51,638 bases of DNA from Phoronis australis (GCA_002633005.1 NMRA01000699.1:37649-89286), one strand, 5' to 3'; shown: positions 37,634 through 51,437, counted from the first letter of the stretch. Made by a program: numbers and translations. Notes: generated from the letters alone by a model not told the origin.

Positions 37634-39385
37634 CTGTAAATACAGTGTGAACATTTTCTAATTACAGAGTTATAAGCATGTCGCAGACAACTATATGCAC
37701 TTAGCCAGCAAAATCGGATCACAATTCCATGTCGCACATAGGTCGTTTTATTCAGGATTGATGTCTAGTAAAAACAACAAGAAAATGCTCGTCTGGTAGT
37801 CATTAGTCAATCATAACATTGTCCAAACTTCACGGAGCAAAACGGTAAATCTTGAAGGGATCCGCTTGATGAAAGAGTTTCTATCAGAACATGAAAGTAA
37901 CAGAATGCAAAGATTTTGAAACTGGTGTATCGCCCAGCGAATGGAAAATCTCACCGTTTATTGTTAAATGCTCAGTAAATTCTTTTGATTAGTCGAGCAA
38001 ATTAGTGGTCGAGTCTTCTGACTTATCGCCAGAGCCATAGGGCATTTTACACGACTTACGTTTTTATTGATGATGCGGACCAGATTAAATCCGTGAGCCC
38101 TTGCAAGGTGCTCCTAGAGAATTCCCATCATGCATTTTCTTAGTTTTTGTGGTTACAGTTACCTATTATGATTTAAGTACCATACAATCTAACTAAACAA
38201 GTACTTTCGATGCCAAAGAGTGGCGAATTTATTAATTTTGAAGAAAAAATATTTTTCAAAGTTTCAGTTTATTTGCTGCCATACATGTAAGGTGTAATGT
38301 ATCAACGAACTGTCAGTTGTTTTCAAACCCAGAAATTACTGTTCAAGCTGTGACTAATTCTTCATCGGTAAGTAATCCAAATCAACTCTGTGCGAGTTTT
38401 TAGATGCTATTAAGAGAACACAAACTCGGACTACTGTTCAATTGAATAGACTTCAGGAATAGTGCCGGGTGTTTGGAGCGTTTCACGATATTGTCGACAA
38501 CTACATTTAGGTAAATATCTACAAAAGCGTAGACTTTAATTCAGTAAATTTATATCTTTTCGGAAATCGATGACCTGTAATGATTTTCGTCTTGATACCT
38601 CTGTGTCGTTAACCACATGAAACTGGTTTCACTAAAACTTAGCTTATAATGGTAAATTGATAGCAAATAGCAGCACTAATAACAAGACCAAACTTCATTT
38701 GACATAAATGTTCTAAATGAAAATCACAAAGCGGTCTTACATTTTTTAAAATTATTATTTCGTTTTCGTTTTAGGCAACACTTTTAGTTTTCCCGTGAAA
38801 ATCATAAATTTAAACCCTTGTTCTCATGCAAGAACGAAACGTTTTAGAAACGTTTTCCAACAGCCGCGAAAATGCACAAGGTATATGTATAATATTTGAA
38901 TAAGTTTGTTTTATGCTTAGCATACCAGTGAAGCTTAATCTTCCTATCCTTGTCACCTACATGTAACTTGACCCCGTTGATTAACTCAAAAAGGGTGTTG
39001 GTAGGCATTTCAGTTCAAGTGACTTCCTGACTGCCCGGTGTATTATTTTTTCAAGCAATCTGATTGGTCTACTGTACTTTAGTGGTTTGTTATTTAATTC
39101 AGGTCCTCACTATCACAGGTGGAAGCTCAATACCTCTAAGAACTCCTGTGTTCCAAAGTTAGTCAAATTTTGACATTTGACTAGGCTCCTATATGACCCT
39201 GGCCTGGTTGTTGCCGAAAATTCAACATTTCCATCAACAGTTTTGATACAGAGACAAGTCCACCCAAGTTCTGTTGAGTTAAGTGGGTAGTGGTTTTCCA
39301 AGGACAAATTATTACATGCGAAATAAATTCTTAGTATTTTGTGTAACATCTCTATCAAACACACTCTGATTTACTGCGTACTCAC

Positions 39386-39602
39386 CAGAAAAGACCTCTA
39401 AGAGTTCCCAGGTAAACCCCAATGGAAAGGCGTCCAGAAACACCGAATGACTGGACTCGTTCGTTTCACTTTTACAGTTGTAGAGCGGCGAATCCATTAA
39501 CAACATATTGTAGTTTCCCATCTTCATGTTATCTTCGATTGTTAGAGGGCGCCCACCGTTGACCACGAATTTGTAGTTTTGGAGGTCTATACAGCCCCAG
39601 TC
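39386..39602 (-). CDS. Pathogen-related protein homologue, coding exon 3
   Basis: cttttgttag|DWGCIDLQNYKFVVNGG...GNYNMLL...SSHSVFLDAFPLGFTWELLEVFS|gtgagt; 217 nt, phase 0 to 1. Confidence 0.92.
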
Positions 39603-39906
39603 CTAACAAAAGCACTAGTGCTATGATAACAAGCAGACATTTTTATAGCTCAGGGTTATTTCCAATTTGAATATGTGGGCTTAGACGACACACCAAAACG
39701 CGCCCCAAATAAATGTTCCACGAACTACTTTTTCGAAACACAGTTAATTCAAAGTAAATGGATAGAGGATCCAGGATAAGTTTTCATTCAAGCCTTACAT
39801 CGGGATCCACCCTACATGACAACCAGTAGATCATTATTGGGAGATTGGCACATGCTCTGAAAATATTCCTTTCCTCTCATTTGTGTTAAGATAAAGGTAT
39901 TCCTAC

Positions 39907-40005
39907 CTCGGGTCTTATTTTGTGAGTGCTTTCCATTTCCCATGTCTTGACCAAGTTCTCGACCAGTTTTTCAAGCGAGTCCACTGGATGTTTCTTAGAT
40001 CTCCC
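39907..40005 (-). CDS. Pathogen-related protein homologue, coding exon 2
   Basis: tttacag|GRSKKHPVDSLEKLVENLVKTWEMESTHKIRPE|gtagga; 99 nt. Confidence 0.92.
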
Positions 40006-43000
40006 CTGTAAATAAAAATTGTCGATAAACACGTAATTCGCTGCACCGTAGTTTAATCTACACGGACAAACACTGTTCCTGTGCGTTTTTCCTTGTTAAG
40101 GAGATTTGTAACGTTAAAATTCGTAAAAAAATCTAAAAAATCGCAGTGAATCTACTGCATTGGTACACTAACCTGGGGATGCATACTGTCCTTTTCGTGC
40201 CACTGTTGTAAGAGTTATTCGCGTTGAATATTGCAAGAATTTATAGACGAAATATTTATCCCATTGCAATTTTCAAATTATTCGCCACCCTAATAATATA
40301 AATGCTCACATGCGCTCAAAGAACTACCCAGTTTAAGGTTTCCTAAGTGCATAATTGCCCTTGTTTTGTTTACATGAAAAGTTCAGAGGAAGAGAAATGC
40401 GTTACGTCTAGTACTAACACCACTTCCAGTGGCTGATTTTGACCTTATAAGTCAATCAAGACCTTATCTGTACATCTGTCTCGCACATTTAAAAAAATGC
40501 ATAACTGACAGACAGTAAACTCTATAGGGTTCATCGAAAATGGAGAAATTCATCAAAGCCACGCTTTTTACCTTGCTACAACCACCGTGAAATAAGGTCG
40601 AGATGCCAAAGATGACCAAAAAACGTGTGATTTTGGCCATGTTTTATCTAAACTAACAAATTCACAAAAAGAGACTATCATCCGAATGCTATTTTACCCT
40701 AGATTCCCGAAATTCAGGGTAAGGTGCATTAACTGTGAACCTTGTTTACTTTTTGTTCTTAAGTGCAAATATCTTCAATTCTGTAAGCTTAAACCCCTAG
40801 AAAGTATATATGTTCTGAAAGGTACATAAATTTCCAAACAAAATGTACGGTTCTTATTTGCTTGCCATATTTTTTCACGAGATATGCGTAAAGAAAAGTG
40901 TTTGAGATTTTAGTTTTCGGCATTAAGCCTCCAAAAATCAAGAGTACGATCGGTCTTGTTCAAAATGCTCTAAAGAGTTGATAATTAAAAAAACTAAGAC
41001 CTCTTTCAAAAATCTGAGACACGGTTCTATCGAAATTGTCGTTCTCAACTTGTGGCCAAAAGACCAATATGATTGGAGGAACAATATACTTAAAATCTCT
41101 GTTCAATGTCAAAAAAACGCACAGCTCGTGAAAAAAGTTAATAAAAATAATAAATTTGGTTATAAAATGTATTCATTTTTCAGAAAATAAATACTTTGTT
41201 TTTGCTTTGCCTTGAGGGAGAAAAATCGACGAAGTGATGAGCAGTTGACAGATCGTTTCTTGAAATTTTGAAATTAAATGAAATTTTTCTACATCAACAG
41301 AAATTCAAAATCTTCAAGAACAAACCATAAAATACCTGGTGAACGGTTTGACAGTTTCATATGCAGAGGATCACTTAGAATTATGCAATTTATTATACAT
41401 GCATTATTTGCATTATATGCCACTTCAAAACAGCACATGTGAGACGAGGCCATAAAGCGTTATAACGTAGGTCATGTCTTACCCTGCCCTTTGCCATAAT
41501 ACAGGCCTAACGGGAGAAGCATTCGACCAATTTTTCACTTTTTGATATCAGCATAACATTTAATTTACAAGTCATTAATATCTGTAAAATCAAATAACTG
41601 CATGTAGATACCAAACGGCACCGCGCTACATTCCTTTCGCGGGAAGTAATTGATAGAATAGTTTTAAGTTAAAATTTACTGATCATTTCGGAAAAATATC
41701 TTCTGGCTTAACATGGAACTCTAAGACATGGAATGCCAATTTGCGCACGTGACCTTCATGTATCTTATCTATCGTTAGAGCTTGCGACACTGGGATCAAC
41801 CGCGAGAATTTGCTCTGTGAATTTCCAGCTTTCTAAACGGAACTGTTTTGGACGAGTGTTGTAGTTATAAAATCAAGCCTAATTTCATTGATTCATTTTC
41901 GTTTCATCATTCTTGCTCACCAAGCGTGATTCTCAAGCTAGGGTTCCAGGCAACCAGCCATTTCTTGGCGAAATTGGTCAACAAACAGAACAATAAGCAC
42001 CGGTTATTCTTTACACGAACAGACCAATTTCCCTGGCGTAGGCCTATACATGTATGTCGGCGACTTCTGCAACATGGCCTTATTTTAGTGTTGGACTAAA
42101 AATCCTATTGGCACGATTTTTGGCTTTTGCGATACCCATATTATTCCCTTCTATCATAAAATAATCCTATTGGGGAGATTCCGTGAGTTGCGATAGGCAA
42201 TTCGATCTGACAATTAGCACGGACCAAGATGCCTCTTATCCGGCATACATGTATCTCTCTTTCAATTCAGCTTTGTCCCTTTATTCAGTTCGCGATTGCT
42301 GGCAGCTTGAAGTATGAGCAGTTGTCGTTGACGACAATGTCGACGAGGATTGCTTAGAAAAGCATAGGCAGAACACATGTACAATCGTGTACTTTTAGCG
42401 AACATAGATTCCCCATACCACAGTATGTCTGTTTCTACGCTGACAGTTGAGGTAGATAAAATACAGACCTTATTCAACCGATGAATCTGCCTCTTGTCGT
42501 CTGTTGAAATACAATGTACATGTAGCTTGTAAACGAATCCCCCGCGGCCTAACGCATCGAGTATGACCGTTAACTACTGAAAGGTCCTGCACAGTCCACA
42601 TCCTCTAGCGCAAAACGCCGAGCAGAGTTTTATATCAATACATTATGATACATGTACATAAATAATAACAATGCAGAGTGGTCACGAAACTGTAAATTTG
42701 AACTTCGTGACTTTACCACCTATTAACGCATCATCGTCTCTTGTGTTACTGGAAGATTCGACTGAATAATTACACAAAATCTGTAACTGATCACCATTGC
42801 AAGATGTTATTACAACCACTGAAATTTCTATCAATGATTCGCATCCCATGATACATTTATAAATTCAACAGAAGGGCATTAAATGGTGCCCCAAATGTAC
42901 TCACATTTCAGTAACTGCGGTAACTGCTTATTGAGTAAGGAAATACTACTGGTTGAAAATCATAAAAAGGTGTTGAAAACAAAAAAATCATTCTTTAAAA

Positions 43001-43049
43001 CAAATGAAACGTGTATTAACTTAATAGGAAGATTGCCAATTGTATATGC

Positions 43050-44420
43050 ATTTCATTAAAGTTTTTGAGATGTCAATGGAACTGCGCAAGTCGTTCTCCA
43101 AGACGGAGTCGTTTGTTTGTCTTTCCCGTGTGCATAGAGCACGAGGCGGCTCACAATGAAATACATGTAGACCGCCGACATGGATTGTAGGTGTTGCTCG
43201 AATGTTTTCTGGGAGTATCTGGGTAGAACGTATGCGTACATCATCACAGTTCATTCTGGTTTCACACAGGCTTCCTCTGAATAACTGCCGTTATTAAGTG
43301 GAAGCAACTGATTTTCAAATCACGCACCTGTCCATTGTCCCATTATCATTCACTATACATACATTCTAATATCTGAAATTCTAATTCATTTGCATACATG
43401 TAAATCTCTACACCGGCCTTTGCTCCGGTCAACCTCTGAGAGGTCAATTATCTAGAACACTGGATCGGTATCTCATACTCTCACTATTGTGCACTGTACA
43501 TGTAGGTGGGTCCATACTAAAAATTCTACGAACAGAACTGTTGCAGCACACTTAACCAGATGTATCGACACTTAATGAATTTTTGTGATGTATGTATTTT
43601 GTTTGGGTGCAAAACCACACGGCATATGCAAAGAAATTGCCAACACTTTTTCCTTTTTTCATGTAATTGCTTTCTTTTAAAAACACATATCATTGTGCTG
43701 ATATGGAAAAGTAGTTCTTTCATATCATTCCCCTTGATAACTCTTTTATCACACGCCGGAATCAACAGGCACGTGTGAAAAAAATCGAAATATTTAGTTA
43801 CATCAAAGCACCTCAAAGTGCATGTGAAAGCCATTTAGTTCTTGATCATTTCTTATCCCTTTTCACCTGTCACTGAGTGTACACTATCGAGTATCTTAGT
43901 AGAATAAATATAAGTATGATTTAATAAAATTACACTTGTCAGCAAGTTAAAACATCATACACAAGCGTGTCTTGGGTGATGGGGTGTCGATCGAGAGTAC
44001 TCTTTCGTGAGCCGAAATCCACTGACAACCAAGAGAATGATCTTGGGTCAAATTAAGGTGAAATGAACTTTTCTTGTAACGCTCGTAAGTGATTAACCTC
44101 TTCGCCGATTTTGTTGTGAATGACGTCACTTATAAGTCCAAAGAATTATGTTTCATTACATGGTAGAAGCTTTTTATCGAAATGATATAAAGTGTACCGT
44201 TCGTGGGTAAAGAGCTTGCACAGTTCACAGTTGTCTTGCCAGTGATCGGTGTTCCCTCGACATACATGTACAATATTTTTCTTAACGACCTACCTGAACG
44301 TATTTACCCATATCCCAGCGTATATTTATTGTTTGCGTTCCTGCTGCTCTTTTGGGAATTTGAAAAGGGTAACCCTGTTCGGGTAGTATCTCGCATTCGT
44401 TCACAACGACGCTATTTGGC
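43050..44420 (-). pseudogene. Possible THAP/P-element-like transposase relic within the long intron
   Basis: PNRVTLFKFPKEQQERKQ* (THAP-like) near 44330-44390, and downstream YVLPRYSQKTFEQHL (like P-element Y.L...SQD.LE..F) near 43200. Highly decayed. Confidence 0.3.
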
Positions 44421-45669
44421 TATTTTGTGTGCCGATTTTGCCTCGTTTTCACCGTGACATGACGGCGACATCCCGTAGCTGCCAACTTGTTCGATTCTAT
44501 AGCCCAGCAACAAGTTGTTAAGTTTACCCTCGAAGCCAATATCTTACACGACTGATTAGCTCCATTCTGGCATTTATTGTTGGAGGGCCTGGGCTCTTTT
44601 GTTCGATAATTGCTCTGTCTGATCAGATCGTATATAGCCTGACTGGACTGGGCTGATAAAAATGAAAATTAAGTTATAACATATTTGAGCTTAAACATCT
44701 GAATTCCTCGTCAATAGCTGATCATGATCCGTTTTTGAATCACGAAAAATCGCCCAACTACCACAGAAGTTAAGACAATCTATTCTGTCCAAACGGATTA
44801 CTCAACGTACTGGGTTTGACTGTGTTCATACGCGTTCCGTAATATCGTGCAACCACCATACGTTTCCTTTGAAGCCTGGGAGATAATTGGCCTGCTTGTT
44901 ATCATACGGGACAAAAGATTGAGCTGGGCAGTTATCAAAAGAGCTAGATGTTATCGCACGTTCAGCACCCCTCACGTCTGGAAAAGTTACTGAACGACAG
45001 AACGCTGTAATGCCTGGGTCACGTATGAATAAGGTGTATTGTTTTGTTTACATCAAAGGTCATACAAGGTCAAGTTTTCCATATAATGGAAGAGTGCAAC
45101 GTTTCTGTCTTGCCCTGTCAAATAGGGGGACGTGGTTCGCCTTGCGGAAGGAATATCGAGGAAGTGGCGAGCAATTGACAGATCTTTTTTTCGTGTAAGT
45201 TAAATTAAAGAAAAATGCTTTGCCATCAACAGAAATTAAAAATCCCAAGAACAAACCGCTTTCCTTCTCTTCTAGTGGCAGAGAACCACTTTGAATAATG
45301 TAATTTAATCTGTTTTTTACGCCTACGCCACTTTAAAAGGTCGTATTCACCGTGTATTTGTGGACAGATGAAATCACACGTTTCTGCCGAAAACGCTGGC
45401 GTCATACACAAGCTTAATCGTGCTCAAACTTGTGTTTTCAAAGTGGTATAGACAGGACCTTAAAGTAACAATAAACAACGATCTCAATAAAGCTGGGTCT
45501 GCAAATGGTTAGTCGGCAACCACTTGGCAGGAAACGTTTGCAGTGCGGTAGGTAGGCACAGTGGCCTGCTAAAATAAGCTGACCAGTCGCTCACCCCGAC
45601 CGATCGACAATCGGTTGCCGAGTCGTTTCTGACCCGTCAGACAACAAATTCGTACACAGTAGTTTATAC

Positions 45670-45774
45670 CTTCAAGTAATTCTTGTTATTTAAGTCGTAT
45701 TTCGGTCGACCACCATATCTCCACTGAATGGACTCGTCGTCCATATACGATCGCACTGGCGTATCAGGATCCAT
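45670..45774 (-). CDS. Pathogen-related protein homologue, coding exon 1
   Basis: GAGATGG start preceded by an in-frame TAA; MDPDTPVRSYMDDESIQWRYGGRPKYDLNNKNYLK|gtataa. A likely acceptor at 45855-45856 implies an upstream non-coding exon. Confidence 0.9.
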
Positions 45775-46567
45775 CTCTTAACAGCTGTCCTTCTTCAGTC
45801 ATAAATGAATGACTACGCAGCTTCCAGTTTTTTTCCGAAATGCTGGCCAATATTCTAAAAGAGGTAATAACATATAATTTGGTCAGATAGAATACAGTAC
45901 CTTAGGAACAATCCTCAGACTACTAAAGACATGATCTTCTCCAGACTTTGGTGGTAAATTTACCCCAATGGCTTTTTAGCATTATTAAATTGTGTTGTGA
46001 AATTCCCTCACAATGGAAACTTTCCATGTGCAAAAACGAAATATGCATAATGGTCAGGAAACAATGATCGGCAAACAAGTTTGCAGCAATCGCCGTCGAA
46101 GCCTTTTAATCTAAAGCGGCTATACCAACGAGCCTTTTCTCACTTGTTGCATTCAGGACAACCCGTTTCAACTCTTAGGTATTAGGTGTTCGCCAAGCAG
46201 GGTTGCCTTTGAAAATGTACTGTAGGAGCTGGAATTTTTATCCAAAGAAGTTCCAAGCCAATAGCTAACTAACTGTATTACAATATTGTAGTTTATCCAA
46301 TACCTGTTGAATCAGTCGAGGGAAATAGGGCCATGTACAGTGGCGGATCTAGGATATCACAAAGGGGGCAACTTTTTGTCCCGCTGTAAGCATTTGCGCA
46401 AACCACGATTGTACATGTAGATGCGCATAGCACCGAATGGGGGGAGGTCAGGAGATTTTTCTGTTTTTTCCTCTAAAATCAAGCATTTTCCTTCATTCTT
46501 GAAATTTATATCCAAGAAAAAAAGGAAAAAAAGCATGGAGAACGTGTCAAACAGAAAAAAACTGAAA

Positions 46568-46632
46568 GTATCAGAGACTCGAACTCAAAACCTGACGAAC
46601 AGAGCGCGGGTGCTTTACCACTACACCACGAC
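46568..46632 (-). mobile_element. tRNA-derived head (SINE-like or tRNA pseudogene)
   Basis: Minus strand GTCGTGGTGTAGTGGTAAAGCAC...GAGTTCGAGTCTC contains A and B boxes; anticodon arm and acceptor stem are degenerate. Confidence 0.55.
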
Positions 46633-47044
46633 TTACCTACTAATCTCCTAGTAAGAGACCTACTTGTTTATGGTCCACAGCGTTTGCGCGCGAAACCTAC
46701 TTCTTTTTGTAATGCTTATTACAAGTTTTATATTTTGTGCAATCGGTTCTTAACAAATTTGTTGTATTTAAAATAGTCTTCAAATGCCCAAAAGACCAAA
46801 TCCGTGTTTCGTGTTGGCAATAATGACGGGACTGCTTTGGAAATCGTCTAAGTTAAGGTTTGAGAAAGAGAGAATTATGAGTTTCTGAGTGATTCACTAA
46901 GGCTTCGATTAAAATTCACATCTTACCAGCAGCTTCTGTTTTTTTAATCGTCACTCAGGTTCCATTTTCTTTAAAAAATGAAGAAAATTTTCTTCATTGC
47001 ACACACAGGCGCTTGGGTTTATCGCAAATGACGTCACAATATAT

Positions 47045-48078
47045 ATATAAGAAAACATAAAGGTTGGACACTCGAAATCTGTTTGCTCAGAATTTTCTAC
47101 TCAATTGTGCATGGAACTCCACGAAACTAGCATCGGACAACTCTTTCAATACTTTCTTTCATTCGATCTATTCAAATTTCCTTCGAGTGGTGATTTGGCG
47201 ACAAAAATGCCAAAAGAATGCCAAAATCACAAATTCAAGGACCTGATTCTGTGATGTCATGGCAGACGGTCTTCGCACATCCGGGTTTTGACCGACGCTC
47301 CCGAGCTAAATCCGAAAGTCTAATTTCGCGCGGCTTTCGCTGTCAATCCTTCGACTACTTGATCATGAGAAGCAGAGAGCACTTTATTGCCAAATAAATG
47401 AAATTACTCACATATTTGTGTCAAATATAAATTATCCTGATACAGTTTTGATATGCGAAGTTTTTTGTGTTCTGTGATTTCTTATGAAGGTTTTATTTTT
47501 GGCCAAAACAATGATTGAGTTAACTCGTCGGCCACGCGCATTGTAATACTTGCACGGGCTGCGTTTTCTGGCCGAATGTGTGTTGTGCTTCAATCAAAAA
47601 AGTGCGTGATGTCAAGATGAGAAACAAGATACGCCAGTTTATGCAATAAAATTCTAAGTTAAGGGCTAAAATGAGCCGTCAGTGGAATAAAGTTACAAAT
47701 AATTATTAAAATACTAACTTTAACATTCTCAATTAGTTGAGTTTTGGATTAGAGTTATTGAATTTGAAATATAGGTTGCTTGCTCAAACTTGAAGTTTCA
47801 CCTACGTCAGGCGTACAAGTTGAAGCACAACAGAAATCCGCCATGTTTACTATTTCAGGTCCTTGAATTCAGAGTTTTGAGATTGTTTTGGAAATTCCAT
47901 CGCCAATTCACCACTCACGAAGACAGTTAATGGGATCTAGGAAAGATAAGGCTTCGAAGGTTTATGCAACACCAGACTGAGGGAGGTGCACGCAGATTTT
48001 ATTTGGATTTTGGACGGTTGAAGTTGGGAGCCTCGGCTTTGCAAAGTTTAAGTGTCCAACCTTTATGTTTTCTTATAT
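47045..48078. mobile_element. ~1-kb foldback/MITE with long TIRs, next to a TA run
   Basis: Perfect 28-bp terminal IR ATATAAGAAAACATAAAGGTTGGACACT. Imperfect symmetry continues to AATTCAAGGACCTGA (47232) and TCAGGTCCTTGAATT (47855). Confidence 0.8.
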
Positions 48079-49806
48079 NNNNNNNNNNNNNNNNNNNNNN
48101 NNNNNNNNNNNNNNNNNNNNNNNNNNNNNNNNNNNNNNNNNNNNNNNNNNNNNNNNNNNNNNNNNNNNNNNNNNNNNNNNNNNNNNNNNNNNNNNNNNNN
48201 NNNNNNNNNNNNNNNNNNNNNNNNNNNNNNNNNNNNNNNNNNNNNNNNNNNNNNNNNNNNNNNNNNNNNNNNNNNNNNNNNNNNNNNNNNNNNNNNNNNN
48301 NNNNNNNNNNNNNNNNNNNNNNNNNNNNNNNNNNNNNNNNNNNNNNNNNNNNNNNNNNNNNNNNNNNNNNNNNNNNNNNNNNNNNNNNNNNNNNNNNNNN
48401 NNNNNNNNNNNNNNNNNNNNNNNNNNNNNNNNNNNNNNNNNNNNNNNNNNNNNNNNNNNNNNNNNNNNNNNNNNNNNNNNNNNNNNNNNNNNNNNNNNNN
48501 NNNNNNNNNNNNNNNNNNNNNNNNNNNNNNNNNNNNNNNNNNNNNNNNNNNNNNNNNNNNNNNNNNNNNNGGGGGGGGCCTGCCCCCCCCCCCCCTAAAT
48601 CCGCCTATGATGTAATAAGGTTTTCCGTATTCTCCTCTGCACTACACTGTATTTCAGCAGCGATCTCTGGCATGGAAAGTTCAAAAGGTAGGTCAATGTC
48701 GACTCGACGTCGATAGCTGGTTCGATCATCAATCTTTCGTAAAATAGTTTGCAGTAATACAATTTGTCAGAATAAATATTGATTAAGTAATTAGTAAGAA
48801 TAGATCCATTTTAAGTTGCCCAAAATTTGTGCATATGTACTTTTAAATCATGGGGTCAGACTTGTTGACATGTATTTTAACGTCAAAATCTATTTTTAGA
48901 TGTTGTTTACAACTTTGGGTTCTGGGGTCAAAGTACTCTACAGATTTTAGAATATTCTGAGAACAACTTGTAACAGCCAATAATACGAGTGGATATGATC
49001 ATGTGGTTTTTATTAGCCAATCACTAAATAAGTAGAATGTTATATTATGGGCTGAAATCAGCAAGATAATCAGATGCGCTAAAGTAGTTGAAGCATAGAG
49101 ACTTGCTACAGTGTACAGAGGAAATTGTACGACAGAGCCATCTCGTGGAAGATTCTAGAAACGATCTTGGCAAGGGCAAGGGTTAACGAACCGGAAGTTA
49201 ACTAAGAGCTTGTCACTTGCATTGTGGGTAGTAAGATACTACCTGAAGTTTTGCGTCATCAGCCAGAGACTTTGACCAGCAAGAAGAGTCGCGGGTAGAA
49301 GAAATTGCNNNNNNNNNNNNNNNNNNNNNNNNNNNNNNNNNNNNNNNNNNNNNNNNNNNNNNNNNNNNNNNNNNNNNNNNNNNNNNNNNNNNNNNNNNNN
49401 NNNNNNNNNNNNNNNNNNNNNNNNNNNNNNNNNNNNNNNNNNNNNNNNNNNNNNNNNNNNNNNNNNNNNNNNNNNNNNNNNNNNNNNNNNNNNNNNNNNN
49501 NNNNNNNNNNNNNNNNNNNNNNNNNNNNNNNNNNNNNNNNNNNNNNNNNNNNNNNNNNNNNNNNNNNNNNNNNNNNNNNNNNNNNNNNNNNNNNNNNNNN
49601 NNNNNNNNNNNNNNNNNNNNNNNNNNNNNNNNNNNNNNNNNNNNNNNNNNNNNNNNNNNNNNNNNNNNNNNNNNNNNNNNNNNNNNNNNNNNNNNNNNNN
49701 NNNNNNNNNNNNNNNNNNNNNNNNNNNNNNNNNNNNNNNNNNNNNNNNNNNNNNNNNNNNNNNNNNNNNNNNNNNNNNNNNNNNNNNNNNNNNNNNNNNN
49801 NNNNNN

Positions 49807-50035
49807 GCGCACCTGGTGGGGACTCGGGGGGCTCGATGGCAAAGAGGACAAATAGGTCCGCCTCAGAGAAACAAAAAGTCTGAGAAAAACGTGACAAAAG
49901 TCGACTAAGAAGGCAGGATTCGGCGTATGCACAATTCATAACCCTTAACGAACCCTGTATTGTTTTTTCTTTAGTAAAAGGTCTACATCCTCAAAAATTC
50001 GAGCCTCCCTTTGCGTTAGGCAGGGTGCGCGCATG
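49807..50035. mobile_element. ~260-bp MITE, copy 3 (left end in gap)
   Basis: GCGCACCTGG...CAGGGTGCGCGCATG; internal sequence matches 21961-22216. Confidence 0.7.
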
Positions 50036-50872
50036 CCGTGTGTGTACAGTATGCATGGGAAATGCAAGCAAACGATTCAGCTTTGAAGAACAAAAATTCA
50101 TTGCGCAATACTACTGGAAAACAAAAACATCAAGACAGTTAAAAGACAACCTTTCCAAGTTGATAACCAATAAGTTTGATTCTATTTATCTAAGTACTTA
50201 AAACTTCGTTTTCGATCTACGGATTGTAAACTGAAACCCAGTAATCTATTTCCTAAACCAATAAACAATTTATTGTCATTTGAATTCTGAGAACATTTTA
50301 GGACACGGTGTTCAGCAATGCATTTATTGTCATTTGAATTGTGAGTAAATTTTTGGGAACTATCCAAATTTCATCAATGTCTTTGAGAGTTATTATACGT
50401 AGATAGGCCAAAAGCGTCCAAGTGCACTTTACTATTTGGGGATCGGATTATTGTTTTTTCCATACTCAGGCTTCAACTAAATTTCCTGAATCGTCATCAT
50501 TTCTTAAAAGATTAGCTTCTAATTGCTAAAAATCATCTATTAACCTGTCGGTTTTTGTAGATACATAAACATGTAAATCAGAAACCAATGAATGTGTTGA
50601 TCAAAATGGAATATTATAAGCAATTTCCGCAGACATGCGCGCAGATTTTTGACGGGTAACCGGGGGAAACGGGAAATTGGGCATTCATGGTAAGGTGTAT
50701 TTTTGCTCTTTCCGAGGTACCTATAAGGGTTCACGAGTTTAACTTGGCCTCAAATAAGTTGTTTATTATTGCAAGTATTTCGGTACACTCGTTCGACATG
50801 TACACGGTAACCCCAATGGTAGACTCGACAGCAGTGTTTTCCACATATGGGAATTCCATACTGGGTCCTCAC

Positions 50873-51075
50873 AAGGTAAACCATGCACTGATACAGAGTT
50901 ATTACTATGTTCTCTTGAATTTTCTCCCTTATCCGCATTTAGCTGTCTTTCTTTTCTCGGCCGTCCCGCCCCACGCGTTTGTCGGTTGCCACGGTTTAAC
51001 CCTGACGCCTGAAAACTTTTGGGGGGCCGTGCCCCCCAGCCACACGCCCCCCCCCCCCCGCTTCCTACGGCCCTG
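50873..51075 (-). mobile_element. CAGGG-ended DNA transposon terminus (hAT-like), second copy
   Basis: Reverse complement CAGGGCCGTAGGAAGC...; homologous to 6139-6325. Confidence 0.6.
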
Positions 51076-51437
51076 GGTCTCAGTCGTAACATCTGGAACA
51101 GGACTGTTAATTATACATGTATGACAGTTCTGTCTCAGTTTTCAATTGTTAAATATTATATCGTCTATATCCCAGGCGCCGATTCCTCAGTACAGTGTAG
51201 CTACAATATCAATTATTGTTATTTAACTATTTTCAGGAGATGTTGCAACTTCAATGCACAATTACCGTTGTTTTCATCTTTGTTGTCTCTTCTCATGTAA
51301 TAAATCATTACCTTTAAAGGCGAAGGCAACCTTTTTCCATGTCATTTTGAGCTAAAATAAGGTTGGTTGGTTATCCTAGACATATTTTTCACTTAATTAC
51401 AGCTTTTCGTAATTTTATTAATTATTCGTCCGCTTTT

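Larger units (their letters stand above)
46338..48609. mobile_element. Putative TIR element with CAGTGGCGGATCTAG / CTAAATCCGCCTATG ends (spans a gap)
   Basis: Ends are imperfect inverted repeats and ATGTA flanks both. Continuity across the gap is unverified. Confidence 0.5.

Noticed and set aside
41241-41330. Short similarity to 45171-45260 within the same intron
   Set aside because: Ordinary diverged repeat fragment; no boundaries or function can be supported.
46568-46632. Functional tRNA gene
   Set aside because: A and B boxes are present but the acceptor and anticodon stems do not pair.
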